The notes under the pieces were generated by a model. It was given only the letters and a program-made list of their open reading frames with translations. It ran no database searches and was not told where the DNA came from. Below, piece by piece: positions 28,201-38,240 of a DNA stretch of 64,000 bases. The DNA lies in IMG/VR virus record IMGVR_UViG_3300021599_000885; one strand, 5' to 3'. Each line of letters begins with the position of its first letter. Positions within the stretch are counted from its first letter, which is position 1. The translations under genes and the position numbers were made by a program. Source of the DNA: a virus.

Positions 28201-29167
28201 CTGCCCTATCTGCATATGTAGCAATACCAGAGTTATTTGCGTATATTGCTGTTGTTGCTGTACCTACAATAAGATTATTATGTACTCTCAGTGGAGCATC
28301 TATTCTAACCAACTGAGTAAATGTTGATACCCCAGATACTCTCAGTTCATCCCTGAACCAAGCAATTCCGTTAACATCAAGCTGTGTTTGTGGGGAAATT
28401 ACATTAACACCAACATTAACTGTTGTGTGAATACCAGCACCATTTCTTATCCAATGGTCTATGATATTAACATCAAGGACATTGGAGTCTGAAGTATTTA
28501 CTGTAGCATTAACAACGTCTCCACCACTACCATTACCAATGAAGTTAATAGTTGTAAATGAACCAACACCGACGTTTATACCTTCATTTCGTGCGAAGAA
28601 TCCATCAGTCTTAGCATTTGGTGGTGCAGAAATCCAACGAATACCATTAGCATCGCGGGATAGGAAGTATCCATTATCACCAGGAAAGTTAGCAGAGTCA
28701 AAGATATTCCTAACAATACGAATAGAGTTACCAATATCAAGTAGTTGTTCAGGTAACGTGCTTCCAATACCAATATTACCAGCGCGGGATCCAGTAGCAA
28801 AACCAACTAAGTAATTAGTTCCGCCATCACTAGTAAGTTCAAAACGTTGTCTGACTGTAGCAATTCCAACATCAATATTATCTACATCTAGTGTTCCTAG
28901 AATGTTAACATCGGTTTGGAAAGTAGCAGTGTTTCCAAAAGAAACTACGCTATTAAATTGAGATGCTCCTATGAAAGTAGAGAGACCTGCTACATATAGG
29001 TCATTTATATTTGCTTGGTTATTAACAGTAAGATTATCAAGAGTTAAATCATCTCCAAGACCTTCAAAGTCATAATAAAGTTTTCCGTAAATGTATACGT
29101 CTTTGAAGAACTTAGCGTCTTCATTAAAATATGACTCTTGTCCTTGTACCCAGATGTTTTCTGCCAT
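25253..29167 (-). CDS. tail fibre / baseplate-attached structural protein
   Basis: 1304 aa; VSKYGNDDNDG..LTI..A beta-helix start; SSHSFEYIGAG; TDQKGNFRIG C-terminus. Confidence 0.8.
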   Translation of the reverse strand: MAENIWVQGQESYFNEDAKFFKDVYIYGKLYYDFEGLGDDLTLDNLTVNNQANINDLYVAGLSTFIGASQFNSVVSFGNTATFQTDVNILGTLDVDNIDVGIATVRQRFELTSDGGTNYLVGFATGSRAGNIGIGSTLPEQLLDIGNSIRIVRNIFDSANFPGDNGYFLSRDANGIRWISAPPNAKTDGFFARNEGINVGVGSFTTINFIGNGSGGDVVNATVNTSDSNVLDVNIIDHWIRNGAGIHTTVNVGVNVISPQTQLDVNGIAWFRDELRVSGVSTFTQLVRIDAPLRVHNNLIVGTATTAIYANNSGIATYADRAGFSTVAGISTFAIQSGFSTVSGIATYAIQSGFSTVSGISTFAIQAGFATVSGISTFAIQAGFATVAGISTFAIQAGFATVSGISTFAIQSGFSTVSGIATFAIQSGFATVAGFATNAARAGISTFIQTTETLTNQDFFIPFVENSTSQTSETVRVDSGITYNPSTNALGIDGSLQVGSAATVIATNASGDIGFNSTTPTRAVDFQKDVRFQQALYDLNDNVGFRTEKYQVPRNVLTTVGVDTTGNIIGGRFYDAANLIRLNLDYIANESIGFLTSTDYKSPAFALSSADYTSCKDDIKDILKAITYDITRGGNSRCVGAGQSYYNGATLQHITGTDINGYSIKEATIVAITTAAQVARYVINNLPAPRSYQGVGNSVSLIRDLTLQDDPAVGFNTDPGGCSNVVSAITVCAGIVTNIIQLGASAFTTIGFTTTAPNGKIVWAPAGADSRNIIWVSKYGNDDNDGRTEGSAKLTIGSAAEAAQPGDTIMVRSGVYAENNPIGLRTDVSVIGQDLRLVTIYPQNNDDVFYVRRGCLIDSLSFAYSKDPYDDSAPLSITGAAVAFPPPAGIGSARSGFLDPGPCNEGPSGRWRSPYVRNCTNFMSNSIGMKIDGDHVAAAFTGTNNLGQDLKCMVCDSFTQYNQNGIGVSITNKAYAQLVSIFTINSKIGIFAGSGGQCDLTNSNSSFGDYGLYADGTSGDEFTGITTGTTVAAEQDTYTFFDMRDDLSNIRKPFDGQGAFFKINLDDYVNTGGKSGIVMEPLRTIRTINVTNGGSGYSASAPPNVTVSAPFGPEGILAELSANVSAAGTISSIDIIASGRNFLPAGSGSNQQDIVITISGSGGATAEAITDPILYTINTATEPTNTGVTTVTFNEFVPYSVGVGVSVSLRRLSRIITSSHSFEYIGAGTDINRANPFQGGVPIPENEIVAINGGQIPFTSTDQKGNFRIGQGLTIDQTTSTISGRDFNRAIQANLTPLILALGG
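27836..28230 (-). repeat. ~45-nt (15-aa) tandem repeat AGF(S/A)TV(A/S)GISTFAIQ, about 7-8 units
   Basis: visible in protein and DNA; boundaries approximate. Confidence 0.85.
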
Positions 29168-29168
29168 C

Positions 29169-29714
29169 TTATCCTATGAATAATCCAAGTGCTTTTAGTA
29201 TTACTCCACCACCAACAAAGGAGTTGGCGAAGACTTTAAATAAAAACTGTTTCTGTGGTGGAACCATACTTCCTGTTAGTGCATCAGATTCAATACTGTT
29301 CCCTTGAAACCTCATGTTAGCGGCATCAACAATAAAATCATTACCAGCCACATATTCGAGATCACCATTAGACTCAACTACTACATTATTACCCGATATG
29401 CGAATATTTCCAGTTCTATCTGCTGTTATTGATACATTACCACGTCTAGCGTGAATTAGAATGTTCTCACTTTTGTCGCCAGAACGCTCTCCAGCAACCA
29501 TTTCAATGGATTCGTCGGAGTTTAGAATAAATTTTCCAGCATCCGTAATGTCGATAGAAGTTTTTAAATTCTTATCGGATACTGTATATAAAAAATAATT
29601 GGAAGCTCCCAAATATCCAAAGGAAGGATTACATATTTCTTCCCTTACTTTTGGGTTATAAGAGATACACTCTCTCAAATACCAGTTTTGTTTATCTTCT
29701 GGGCGCTTTGCCAT
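29169..29714 (-). CDS. gp5 C-terminal-like spike-associated protein
   Basis: beta-strand repeats (NVSITADRTGNIRISGNNVVVE) directly after gp5. Confidence 0.55.
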   Translation of the reverse strand: MAKRPEDKQNWYLRECISYNPKVREEICNPSFGYLGASNYFLYTVSDKNLKTSIDITDAGKFILNSDESIEMVAGERSGDKSENILIHARRGNVSITADRTGNIRISGNNVVVESNGDLEYVAGNDFIVDAANMRFQGNSIESDALTGSMVPPQKQFLFKVFANSFVGGGVILKALGLFIG

Positions 29715-31766
29715 TTAGGTAATACAATCAATTACTTGCTTAACTTCTCCATCAAATGGTGGTCTTTCTCCTAGGTTAGCAGCAAGGATTGCTCCAGAAC
29801 CATTCTTTGAAATGACCTCAAGTACAGGAATATTAGTTACATCTCTACTATTTATTGGGGTCACCTTGATGATAGCACCAGACTGGATAAGAACATCATA
29901 CTCATTTCCTTGGTCATCAACTACAGTATCTCCATCTTCAAAGTCTTGCCCTGGATCAATAACTGTTACGCTATCAACAACATATGGAATCTCTTTATCT
30001 GCTGGATAGTTCTCACCCTCAGACACAACATAAATGGTATCTACCTGACCATTCTTAACAATAGCTCTAGCAATAGCACCATATCCTTGGTTACAACTAT
30101 CTACAACTTCTACAAATGGTGGGAAGGTATATCCACTTCCTGGATTGGTTACCTTAACACTTATAATACTTCCTGTTTTATACTTATCTTCACCGATAAT
30201 ACCACCAAGAATAGGAACAGCACTTGCTCCTGTACCACCCCCACCAAAAATATTGATCTTTGGTGGTCCACAAACAATTGGTGGTCCAGTATAACAAGAA
30301 CCAAGATCACCAATAAAGTTTGGATCTTTAACTGTTCCAGATATGAAGTCATATGCTCCAGCAATATCTTGAACTCCGTCTAATGGGAAACCAGCAAGCT
30401 TTGCTGCTGTTGATATTGACTTAGCAGTATTAGCATTATCAATAATTCCTTTGAGATCTGGCTCATCTTGAAATACTGGTCCATATCCTAGTTTATATTT
30501 GCAAGCGCCATACTTGTCTTTCTGATTCTTTTTATTACAAGACTTAAGACCAACAAGTCCAAGAAGTGCATCAATACCATTCCGTAGTAGACCCTCAACA
30601 CTAAAGTCTTCGAAGAATTGAAGAATCTTAGATATTCCATTAATTGCTGGTAGCAATGCATTATCAATAAGACCAATAATACCATTGATCATTGCACCGA
30701 CAGTTTGATCAGCAACACAATCGACAAAGTTTAGGACATTATTAGCAATAGACTTTAAAAGATCTTTTACAAGATTAAATACTTTGTCTAAGATTTGATT
30801 AACAATACAAGGGATAAGATCTTGAAGTATTTTTACTGGTTGAAGCATAGCAGTTTGTGCCGCTACTCCAGCAAGGTGTGCTGCTACTGGATTTAAAGTT
30901 GCAGCGAAGACTGTAGCATATACAGAAGCATAGAGAAGATCAAGACCCTTGCTTAGAATTGGTTCAAGTTTCTTAAATAACTTATTAATCATACCACTGA
31001 TCATTTTGGTTGCAGCGGTAGTTATTTGTTCTGCCCTAATATCAATCTCTCTATCTACCCAGTCTCTATAATACTCAAGTCCCTCATCAAACTGTGCCTT
31101 TAAGTCTTGGAGAAACTTAACAAATCCTTCAATAGCATTTTTGATCTTGGTAATTGTTCCTTTATTACCTTTAGTATCTTCACCTTCTGTACCACAAGGT
31201 AATCGTATCACCTTTCCATCAGAAGTTCTCTTTGCTGCTGGATTGCTTGGATCTACCTTTTTAGCATCAGAAGGACTAACACCTATTGGTTGTTTTGCAG
31301 TTGCAGCATTCTGATCTCCAGACTCACTCTTTGATAGTGAGCCTTTCGCTGGTTCTTTGATATACTTATTGTATCCGGAGAATGGTGCGAATGGTAGTTT
31401 CTCACCATCCTTTACAGCGTCGATTGAATTGGCGAATGCACCCATAATAACTGGATGCTGACCATCTGCTCCATCTAGAAAGAAACCAATTACAGTATCA
31501 CCAGGGTTAAAACGAATACTCTTGAATGTATTTGCCGAACCAGTTCCATGACCTGGTGGTAGCATCACATGTGCCCATGGTAAGTCCTCATTACTTAGTT
31601 CCGCTTCACTATAAGGATGATATCCCATAATGCGGACTTTATATCTAATGCCCCAACCTGGACCAGTTGCTTGTTGGTCCCATGATTCAATAGGTGGAAT
31701 CTGCCCTATCCACCAAACAAATCCATCTCTGCCTACAAAATTAGTTTTAAGTGAAAGATCTTCCAT
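29715..31766 (-). CDS. gp5: baseplate hub / central spike gp5-like
   Basis: FVGRDGFVWWIGQI, RYKVRIMGYHP..LPWA, VIGFFLDG..Q.PVIMG OB-fold motifs. Confidence 0.9.
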   Translation of the reverse strand: MEDLSLKTNFVGRDGFVWWIGQIPPIESWDQQATGPGWGIRYKVRIMGYHPYSEAELSNEDLPWAHVMLPPGHGTGSANTFKSIRFNPGDTVIGFFLDGADGQHPVIMGAFANSIDAVKDGEKLPFAPFSGYNKYIKEPAKGSLSKSESGDQNAATAKQPIGVSPSDAKKVDPSNPAAKRTSDGKVIRLPCGTEGEDTKGNKGTITKIKNAIEGFVKFLQDLKAQFDEGLEYYRDWVDREIDIRAEQITTAATKMISGMINKLFKKLEPILSKGLDLLYASVYATVFAATLNPVAAHLAGVAAQTAMLQPVKILQDLIPCIVNQILDKVFNLVKDLLKSIANNVLNFVDCVADQTVGAMINGIIGLIDNALLPAINGISKILQFFEDFSVEGLLRNGIDALLGLVGLKSCNKKNQKDKYGACKYKLGYGPVFQDEPDLKGIIDNANTAKSISTAAKLAGFPLDGVQDIAGAYDFISGTVKDPNFIGDLGSCYTGPPIVCGPPKINIFGGGGTGASAVPILGGIIGEDKYKTGSIISVKVTNPGSGYTFPPFVEVVDSCNQGYGAIARAIVKNGQVDTIYVVSEGENYPADKEIPYVVDSVTVIDPGQDFEDGDTVVDDQGNEYDVLIQSGAIIKVTPINSRDVTNIPVLEVISKNGSGAILAANLGERPPFDGEVKQVIDCIT

Positions 31767-31775
31767 TTGTTACTT

Positions 31776-33065
31776 TTAAATATCCCTGAATGTATCTCTA
31801 AGTAGCTTCATTGATGTTAGAGATTGTGTACCATCAAAATAATGACAGAGTTCTTTTATCATATATAGACCACTATTCTCAGGGTCAAAATCATTACTGT
31901 TTGCTGAAATTTTAAGGAAATTGCATCGTATAACATCACCAGATCTTAAATTATTATTTAATGGAACAGTCATATTGAGTGTTTGCATGAACAAATAATT
32001 GTATCTAAAGAAAGCGTCTCTTTGATATAACTTAGCATCATTACCAGGTTGTTTGCTCACATCTTTCTCCAACACACCAACATCGAGAACTGATGAGATA
32101 ATTCTACTTGGAACAGTGTCAAAAGAGAAGTTACCAGAACCAAAAATTTTAGGAATATCTGGATCGTCACCAAGGAATGTTGCGTTCTTAGCAAAATCAG
32201 TTATTGTTCTCTTTCCTTCTTGCTGAAGACTAAACTTACTTTGATATGGATCATATTCAGTAAAGAATGATGCATACGTTCCTAGTCTAAGTTTTTCTAA
32301 TAAGTCATTATTTCTATTAACAGAATAACTCAATATCCTTTGATCAGTTGACTTCTCAATATCTTGGTCCTCTTGATGATAATATTCTGCTTTTGGACTT
32401 GCTTTTCCATCAATAATAAGTTTGTCGATAGATCTGAAGTTGTATCCATCTATAGTTTCATAGAAAAAGTATCCAGGAACATTGGTATCTGGAATAGACT
32501 TTGATGCTAACCAAGTCAGAACATCGAAAGGTCTTCTCAAGTTTCCAATAAAACTATATTGATTACTAACGACATCAGATTTCAATGTTTTTTGAGATTG
32601 TAAACCTTCCTTTATAATGTTTTCTATATGATCAGTTATTTGAGCTCTTGGAAATTTTTTGTATAGTCTTGAAGTTTCATTAGTAATTGCTTCTCTTGAT
32701 ACTAACTTTAATGTAAATGTTTCTCTTTGACCTTCTCTGATAACATTTGTAATTTTAGAGACGTACAATGGTTCATCAACAAGATCAATACCAGATTTAT
32801 TTTTATCACTGTTACCAGCAATTTTTATGAATACTCTTTCGCCACCTCTTAACGGAAGACCACTGTAGATTGACTGCAATGAACCATCTTTTCCAGGAAT
32901 TGTTCCTCCCGTATTAGATACGGTAATCTCTGCTGTGATAGTTGGTGAAAAAACATCTTCATAATATTTGATAGCAACTACACCGAGTCTCATATCAATG
33001 GTTCTTGTACCATCACCAGACTCTATGGTAATTTGTTCGAATATTGATGCGTCTCTTGCTGCCAT
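31776..33065 (-). CDS. baseplate hub protein (gp27-like tail protein)
   Basis: YYEDVFSPTI, LPLRGGE, YFFYET.DG.NFRSID, SGLYMIKELCH. Confidence 0.75.
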   Translation of the reverse strand: MAARDASIFEQITIESGDGTRTIDMRLGVVAIKYYEDVFSPTITAEITVSNTGGTIPGKDGSLQSIYSGLPLRGGERVFIKIAGNSDKNKSGIDLVDEPLYVSKITNVIREGQRETFTLKLVSREAITNETSRLYKKFPRAQITDHIENIIKEGLQSQKTLKSDVVSNQYSFIGNLRRPFDVLTWLASKSIPDTNVPGYFFYETIDGYNFRSIDKLIIDGKASPKAEYYHQEDQDIEKSTDQRILSYSVNRNNDLLEKLRLGTYASFFTEYDPYQSKFSLQQEGKRTITDFAKNATFLGDDPDIPKIFGSGNFSFDTVPSRIISSVLDVGVLEKDVSKQPGNDAKLYQRDAFFRYNYLFMQTLNMTVPLNNNLRSGDVIRCNFLKISANSNDFDPENSGLYMIKELCHYFDGTQSLTSMKLLRDTFRDI

Positions 33066-34619
33066 TTATACTACACTAGAAAGGAACTTATTTTTTATAT
33101 TATTACTATTTACCCCAGCAACTATAATAACAGAACCACTATTTGTTTCTCCACCAACATATTCTGTTTGCTTTACAGTATTATTTAAAATTAAAGTATT
33201 TGTTCTTGGTTGTGGTTTTGCATTTTGCAAAGCCATAGCAAGTTGAGATGAATAGTCTTTTTTAGATGAACCTACCCATTCACCAATTTTTGGAGACTTA
33301 GGATCTCCAGGAATTCCGGGAGCACCCTCTTTACTCGCATCAGGCATAGCAGTATTTCGTTTTGGGGGGCTTTTTGGTGGTGGTGCTTGTGGTTGTGGTT
33401 TTGGTAGGTTAAGTGATGCTGGACCACTAAGCATCGGATCTTTGGATGGATCCACAAGGAACTGGTTATCTTGGTTTGTACCACGCCAGACGGAACCAGG
33501 AATTATTCCATTAGCATCTGCCCGAATATTATTTCGTGGATCGCTATCACTATTAACTGCCCTAACTGTTGCTGGACTACCTCTAAACTCTAGAGCACCG
33601 CCAACAAATTTTGCTGCACTTGCTTGTCTTTTTGGATCGGATAGAAGACTAATAACTTTTAATAGAGTTGCCTGACTTTGACCAGACCATGCAGATGCTT
33701 GCCCTAAAGTACGTATTGATTTAAATGCTCCACTACCTCTAGTGTACACACCTTGAAACTGTCCGGGAGCACCAAGAACATCAGTATAGTTAGTACCATA
33801 TCCAGGGTGTGCAACTCTATTAGCAACCACCTGCAGCATGTCGGCGTATCCCTGGTCACTACTACCTTCTGTGGTGAGTGCCGCAGCGATACGATACATT
33901 TCAGCAGACTTTGGATCTGGAAGTTGTGCTGAACCTCCTCCAGGATCTACTCCACCACCTCCACCATCATCACTACCTCTATCAAATTCATAATCCTCAA
34001 TTCCAAGTAATTTCTTAACATCCTGCTTAAGTAAAAGTATTACAGAATTTATTGAATTATCCATTTGGACGAAGGAATCCTTCATTTGATTCATTCCTTT
34101 GTCTACTGCTACTCTTACAGCATTAAAATCAAATCTAACAAGACCAGAAGAAATTTCACCAACCATATCACCAAATCCTATCAAAAAGTTTTGAAGACCC
34201 TCTCTAAAATTATTGAGATATTGGAAATATGTCTTCATCCTCTCAATGAGAGCTTGAGCCATTTTAATGATATTTGGGAGATTGGTCAAAGCCCATCCAA
34301 CTAGTAATGTTCCAAGAAAATCAAGTATTCTACCCAAGAAACCTCTTGTGCTATTTGCTACAGCACTAGTAGATCTTGATATTGCACCCTGAATTGATGA
34401 TGCCTCTACAATATCCTCTCTTTCTTTTCTTCTTGTCGCTTCTCTTCTCTGATTAAATGCTTTTATACTCGCTGAAAAAGATTTTCTCTTATTTGTTGTA
34501 GACTGTATAATTGTTGTTCTAACAGTTGCAGCAGATTCTCTTGTCCTAAGAAGACTTTTGTTAAGTCCAGATAAAGACTTATTAATGCTAGTTACATTTA
34601 TGGAAGAACGATACGCCAT
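33066..34619 (-). CDS. tail-associated protein with SleB/Hydrolase_2-like cell wall hydrolase domain
   Basis: helical N-terminus; AAALTTEG..QVVANRV..YG..TDVL.APGQFQG. Confidence 0.7.
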   Translation of the reverse strand: MAYRSSINVTSINKSLSGLNKSLLRTRESAATVRTTIIQSTTNKRKSFSASIKAFNQRREATRRKEREDIVEASSIQGAISRSTSAVANSTRGFLGRILDFLGTLLVGWALTNLPNIIKMAQALIERMKTYFQYLNNFREGLQNFLIGFGDMVGEISSGLVRFDFNAVRVAVDKGMNQMKDSFVQMDNSINSVILLLKQDVKKLLGIEDYEFDRGSDDGGGGGVDPGGGSAQLPDPKSAEMYRIAAALTTEGSSDQGYADMLQVVANRVAHPGYGTNYTDVLGAPGQFQGVYTRGSGAFKSIRTLGQASAWSGQSQATLLKVISLLSDPKRQASAAKFVGGALEFRGSPATVRAVNSDSDPRNNIRADANGIIPGSVWRGTNQDNQFLVDPSKDPMLSGPASLNLPKPQPQAPPPKSPPKRNTAMPDASKEGAPGIPGDPKSPKIGEWVGSSKKDYSSQLAMALQNAKPQPRTNTLILNNTVKQTEYVGGETNSGSVIIVAGVNSNNIKNKFLSSVV

Positions 34620-34624
34620 TTAAC

Positions 34625-36037
34625 TTATGCCCATCCAGTATTAAAGTAACGATACGAAGTATACTTGTGAAAATTATCTGGATCTGAAGTAGCAATGCTA
34701 GGCAGATAGTTAGCAGAACCTAGATCTTGTGTTGGTACATTTCTTGCACTAGCAGTAGATTCATTATTAATTACTGTTACATTACCTCCAGAGTCTGAAC
34801 TTTTTAATGACTGGAGATTATCATTAGATTTTTTTGGTGGTGCATTTATTTCTGGAGATGGTGTTTTAAATAATGGTCCTTGTCCAGTAAACGCATCTAG
34901 TAAATTAATCTCTGTATTCAAGAATGGATTATCTTTACCAATATCGCTTCCCTTATAAAATTCCTTACCAAGACCAATCAATGCTGGAATAGCAAATGTT
35001 CCAGCTATTGTTAACGGTATTGTGAATTTTGGACCTAGAACATAGTTTAATGCTGATAGAGCACCGCCAGCAGCAAAACCTGTACCAGAACCAGCGATCA
35101 TTTCACCAACAGATGATCCAAAAAGCGTATCGTATATTGCAGACGCACCTGCAGCGAATAAACCACCTTTAAGTACTGATGAACCAAAAGGACTTCCTTT
35201 AGAACCAGATGAAGCAGGTGGAGCTCCACTAGATCCTGCTTTACCTCCAGGTGAAGTTTTTGCTGGTGGTGCTGATGGTTTTGGTTTTGTTGGAGTTGGT
35301 TTTGTTTTTGGTTTTAAACCTATTCCTGCCGCTATACCTGCAGCAGCAGTTTTAACTAAATTGAGTAGTGCAGCAACAGGTCTAATTAATAAGTTTCTAA
35401 AAATAGAACTACCCAACTTAGAAGTAAGTCTGGTAAGATAACCAAGTATAGTTCTAAATCCACCACTAAACAATAAGAAAATACCAGTTACAACACCAAT
35501 ATTCTTCAAGAACTTTTGCTTAAGTTCTTCTAGTCTTTCTTTATCACCAGATATCAAGGCACTAATAGTTGATAGCGCCATATTTCCTAGGAAACCACCT
35601 AGGAGAATCATAAAGAAGCTTGATAATCTACCTAGAGTAAATCTTGCTTTATCGCCAACTTTTTTAATCGGAGTCAAAAGAGCAGACTGCATTTTGCGTT
35701 CAACGACGCTTTCTTTACCTTCTCTGATTTTCTGCTCTGCTAAGATTTCTTCCTGTCTTATCTTCTGAGATTCTCTTGCCTGATCTAATGCAGAATCTTC
35801 TCTTACTCTTTCAGCAATACCATTCAGAGAAGCACTTAGAGCACTAACTTGATTACTAAGATTTATAAGGGAAGAATTAATATTATCAAAAGCAAGTCTA
35901 TTCTGCTGCAGCGCAAGCGTAGTTCCATAATCTTCCCTTGGCTGTTGGTCTTGGGGACGATTCAGAAACGAAAAAGAGGATACTCTAGTTCTTCTTACTC
36001 TTAAACCAGTTGTGATTGGCGATGAAAACTCAGCCAT
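34625..36037 (-). CDS. tape-measure-like / baseplate hub-associated protein
   Basis: coiled coil plus hydrophobic Gly/Ala helices; position after gp51. Confidence 0.55.
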   Translation of the reverse strand: MAEFSSPITTGLRVRRTRVSSFSFLNRPQDQQPREDYGTTLALQQNRLAFDNINSSLINLSNQVSALSASLNGIAERVREDSALDQARESQKIRQEEILAEQKIREGKESVVERKMQSALLTPIKKVGDKARFTLGRLSSFFMILLGGFLGNMALSTISALISGDKERLEELKQKFLKNIGVVTGIFLLFSGGFRTILGYLTRLTSKLGSSIFRNLLIRPVAALLNLVKTAAAGIAAGIGLKPKTKPTPTKPKPSAPPAKTSPGGKAGSSGAPPASSGSKGSPFGSSVLKGGLFAAGASAIYDTLFGSSVGEMIAGSGTGFAAGGALSALNYVLGPKFTIPLTIAGTFAIPALIGLGKEFYKGSDIGKDNPFLNTEINLLDAFTGQGPLFKTPSPEINAPPKKSNDNLQSLKSSDSGGNVTVINNESTASARNVPTQDLGSANYLPSIATSDPDNFHKYTSYRYFNTGWA

Positions 36038-36212
36038 TTAGTTCAGATTGCTGTTGTTTTAAATTTTCTTCCTCAATATATTGTTTTAGGAAAGTGAGAT
36101 AAACTTCTCTTTCCCAAGGTATCATATTCTCTAGTTCAGTCAATGAGTATTTATGATGCTGCATCAAGGCAAAATTTATCTTGTAGTATGACTCAAGATC
36201 TTCATGAGCCAT
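36030..36212 (-). CDS. gp51: baseplate hub assembly catalyst gp51-like
   Basis: YY..NFALMQHHKYSLTELENMIPWEREVY. Confidence 0.85.
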   Translation of the reverse strand: MAHEDLESYYKINFALMQHHKYSLTELENMIPWEREVYLTFLKQYIEEENLKQQQSELNG

Positions 36213-36214
36213 AC

Positions 36215-36931
36215 TTACCCGAAAAAAGCATTTAATCCCTCCAGAACAATTTCATTTTCAACCTTTGTATTTGGATTCATCACCGTAACAGTATGAGACA
36301 ATTTTGGCATTGTCTCAAAGAATGTTTCAATCTCTTTGAATTGTTTTGAACTCAACTGCTCAAGAAATTCTCTAAGTTCTTTCTTAGAACAGTCCGATGC
36401 TGACCAAGACTCTTCCTCAGAATAGACTTGCTCAATGCAGGAAGAGATTAGATCAAAAGTATTATCTAAGTTTAGCTCTTCGGTGCTGAAATTATTTTTC
36501 ACAAATTCTTCCATAGATGGATACTTCATCCTCAGAATAAGATCATTATCAAGTTTGATATCTCTATTATGGTTCTTTCCAGTCTCAACTTTGATATCAT
36601 CTAAGTTGATTGTTACGGGAACTTGGGTAGTTCCATCATCTGGACATGTTACAATAACTTCCACTTCTTCGCCAACAGATTTACCTCTGATGTTCAAAAA
36701 GATATATTCAATATCAAATGTAGACAGTTGTTCGATTTTAATTCCTCTGCTTAGGATACAGTTAGAAATAACTTCCTTAACAGCATTTGTGATTTGCTTA
36801 TCATCTTCGCTTTCCATTGCGATGATAAGAATCTTTTCTTCTCTTACAAGAAAAGGGCGATATCTAATTTTCTTTCCATTAGAAGGAAGTTCCAACTCAT
36901 AGGTTGGTGTAGATATTTTTGGTAAAGGCAT
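36215..36931 (-). CDS. gp26: baseplate hub subunit gp26
   Basis: MPLPKI.TPTYEL.LPS..K.I.YRPFLVREEK, FDIEY.FL.IR.KSVGE; TAAATA at 36958-36963. Confidence 0.9.
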   Translation of the reverse strand: MPLPKISTPTYELELPSNGKKIRYRPFLVREEKILIIAMESEDDKQITNAVKEVISNCILSRGIKIEQLSTFDIEYIFLNIRGKSVGEEVEVIVTCPDDGTTQVPVTINLDDIKVETGKNHNRDIKLDNDLILRMKYPSMEEFVKNNFSTEELNLDNTFDLISSCIEQVYSEEESWSASDCSKKELREFLEQLSSKQFKEIETFFETMPKLSHTVTVMNPNTKVENEIVLEGLNAFFG

Positions 36932-36960
36932 AACAACCCAAAAAGTTCAGTTAAAAATAT

Positions 36961-37761
36961 TTATCTAGGTCCATAGGGGCTATTGTAGACTTGTCCCTTG
37001 TTAAGTGCTTCAGCATAAGTCATACCTTCAGGAATAAATCTAACTCCACCAGCCTGAGCAGCACCAGCAGAAACTGGAACATATCTCTGTCCTTCATTAC
37101 CAGTTGATTGATTTGAATTATCATTTTTCTTATTATCATCAGTTCCTCTGTGAATAGAGTAACTATCACTTCTACCACAAATATATCTGTCGTAACTAAA
37201 GCGTACTGATGCTTTTAATATCTCCGATGCATCATATTTCACTACTGTTGATGAAAGATCTCTTGGAAAAAGACCCCAGAAAGTATATTCTATATCTTCT
37301 TTATAATCTCTATCAAACTTAATAATTTTTGTTTGGTTTGATTTATAATCTTCTGGATATTCCATCCTAAAATAATAATCATCAGATGCTTTTCTATGTG
37401 CGGATCCATTAGAAATGAAGTCCATCCAATGTTCTAAGAACTTCAGAGTTTTATACTCATTATCAACATAAAACTCAAGACCTATCTCAGTAAACAATCT
37501 TGTGTGAGCCATATTTTCAACGACTCCCATAAAGTTTCCCTTAATATTCGCAGTAGCAAGAGCACTTCCAGGTAACGAAGCAGAATAGCACAGAAGTCCT
37601 GATGTCTCAGTAATAAACCTATAACCAACTCCACGGACATTCAAATGTTGTCTTAAAGGTAATGGTAGACCACCAAAAACAACCTGATAATGTGAAGTTT
37701 GCGCTAGATTTGTTAGTGCTGGTTTAAAATCCGATATCCTTCTTGGTCTAGGTGCTGCCAC
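36961..37761 (-). CDS. tail tube initiator / gp19-gp54 family protein
   Basis: LC..ASLPG, F.E.WMDFI, Y.F.GLFP, V.FSYDRY. Confidence 0.75.
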   Translation of the reverse strand: MAAPRPRRISDFKPALTNLAQTSHYQVVFGGLPLPLRQHLNVRGVGYRFITETSGLLCYSASLPGSALATANIKGNFMGVVENMAHTRLFTEIGLEFYVDNEYKTLKFLEHWMDFISNGSAHRKASDDYYFRMEYPEDYKSNQTKIIKFDRDYKEDIEYTFWGLFPRDLSSTVVKYDASEILKASVRFSYDRYICGRSDSYSIHRGTDDNKKNDNSNQSTGNEGQRYVPVSAGAAQAGGVRFIPEGMTYAEALNKGQVYNSPYGPR

Positions 37762-37763
37762 TC

Positions 37764-37801
37764 TAAATACCTTATACGAGTCTTACATTATTAGTTATTT
37801 A
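37764..37801. promoter_or_regulatory. divergent, overlapping T4-type late promoters
   Basis: TAAATA on + at 37764-37769 and on - at 37796-37801. Confidence 0.75.
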
Positions 37802-37802
37802 G

Positions 37803-38240
37803 ATGGCATATAAGGGAAAGTATCAACCTTCTAACCCAAAAAAATACAAAGGTGACCCATCAAATATAATCTATAGATCATTATGGGAAAGAAAGTTTTG
37901 TCGTTACTGTGATAATAACCCAAATATATTAGAATGGGGTAGTGAAGAAATGTATGTGTGGTATAAGTCTCCAGTAGACAATAAACCACATAGATATTTT
38001 CCAGACTTTTACATTAAAGTAAAAGAATCAACTGGAAACATTAAAAAGTATATTATTGAGATTAAACCTCTACGTCAAACTGCACCTCCACCAAAACCAA
38101 AGAGACAAACTCAAGGTTACTTGCGTGAGGCATACGAGTATGCTAAAAACCAGGCAAAGTGGGAAGCAGCAAAAGAATGGTGTCTTGATAGGGGTTATGA
38201 GTTCAGAGTCTTTACTGAGAAAGAATTAGGTATCAAGTAA
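37803..38240 (+). CDS. gp4: head completion nuclease gp4
   Basis: YKGKY.P.NP.KYKGD..IIYRSLWE, HRYFPDF, IEIKP, NQAKWEAA. Confidence 0.95.
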   Translation: MAYKGKYQPSNPKKYKGDPSNIIYRSLWERKFCRYCDNNPNILEWGSEEMYVWYKSPVDNKPHRYFPDFYIKVKESTGNIKKYIIEIKPLRQTAPPPKPKRQTQGYLREAYEYAKNQAKWEAAKEWCLDRGYEFRVFTEKELGIK

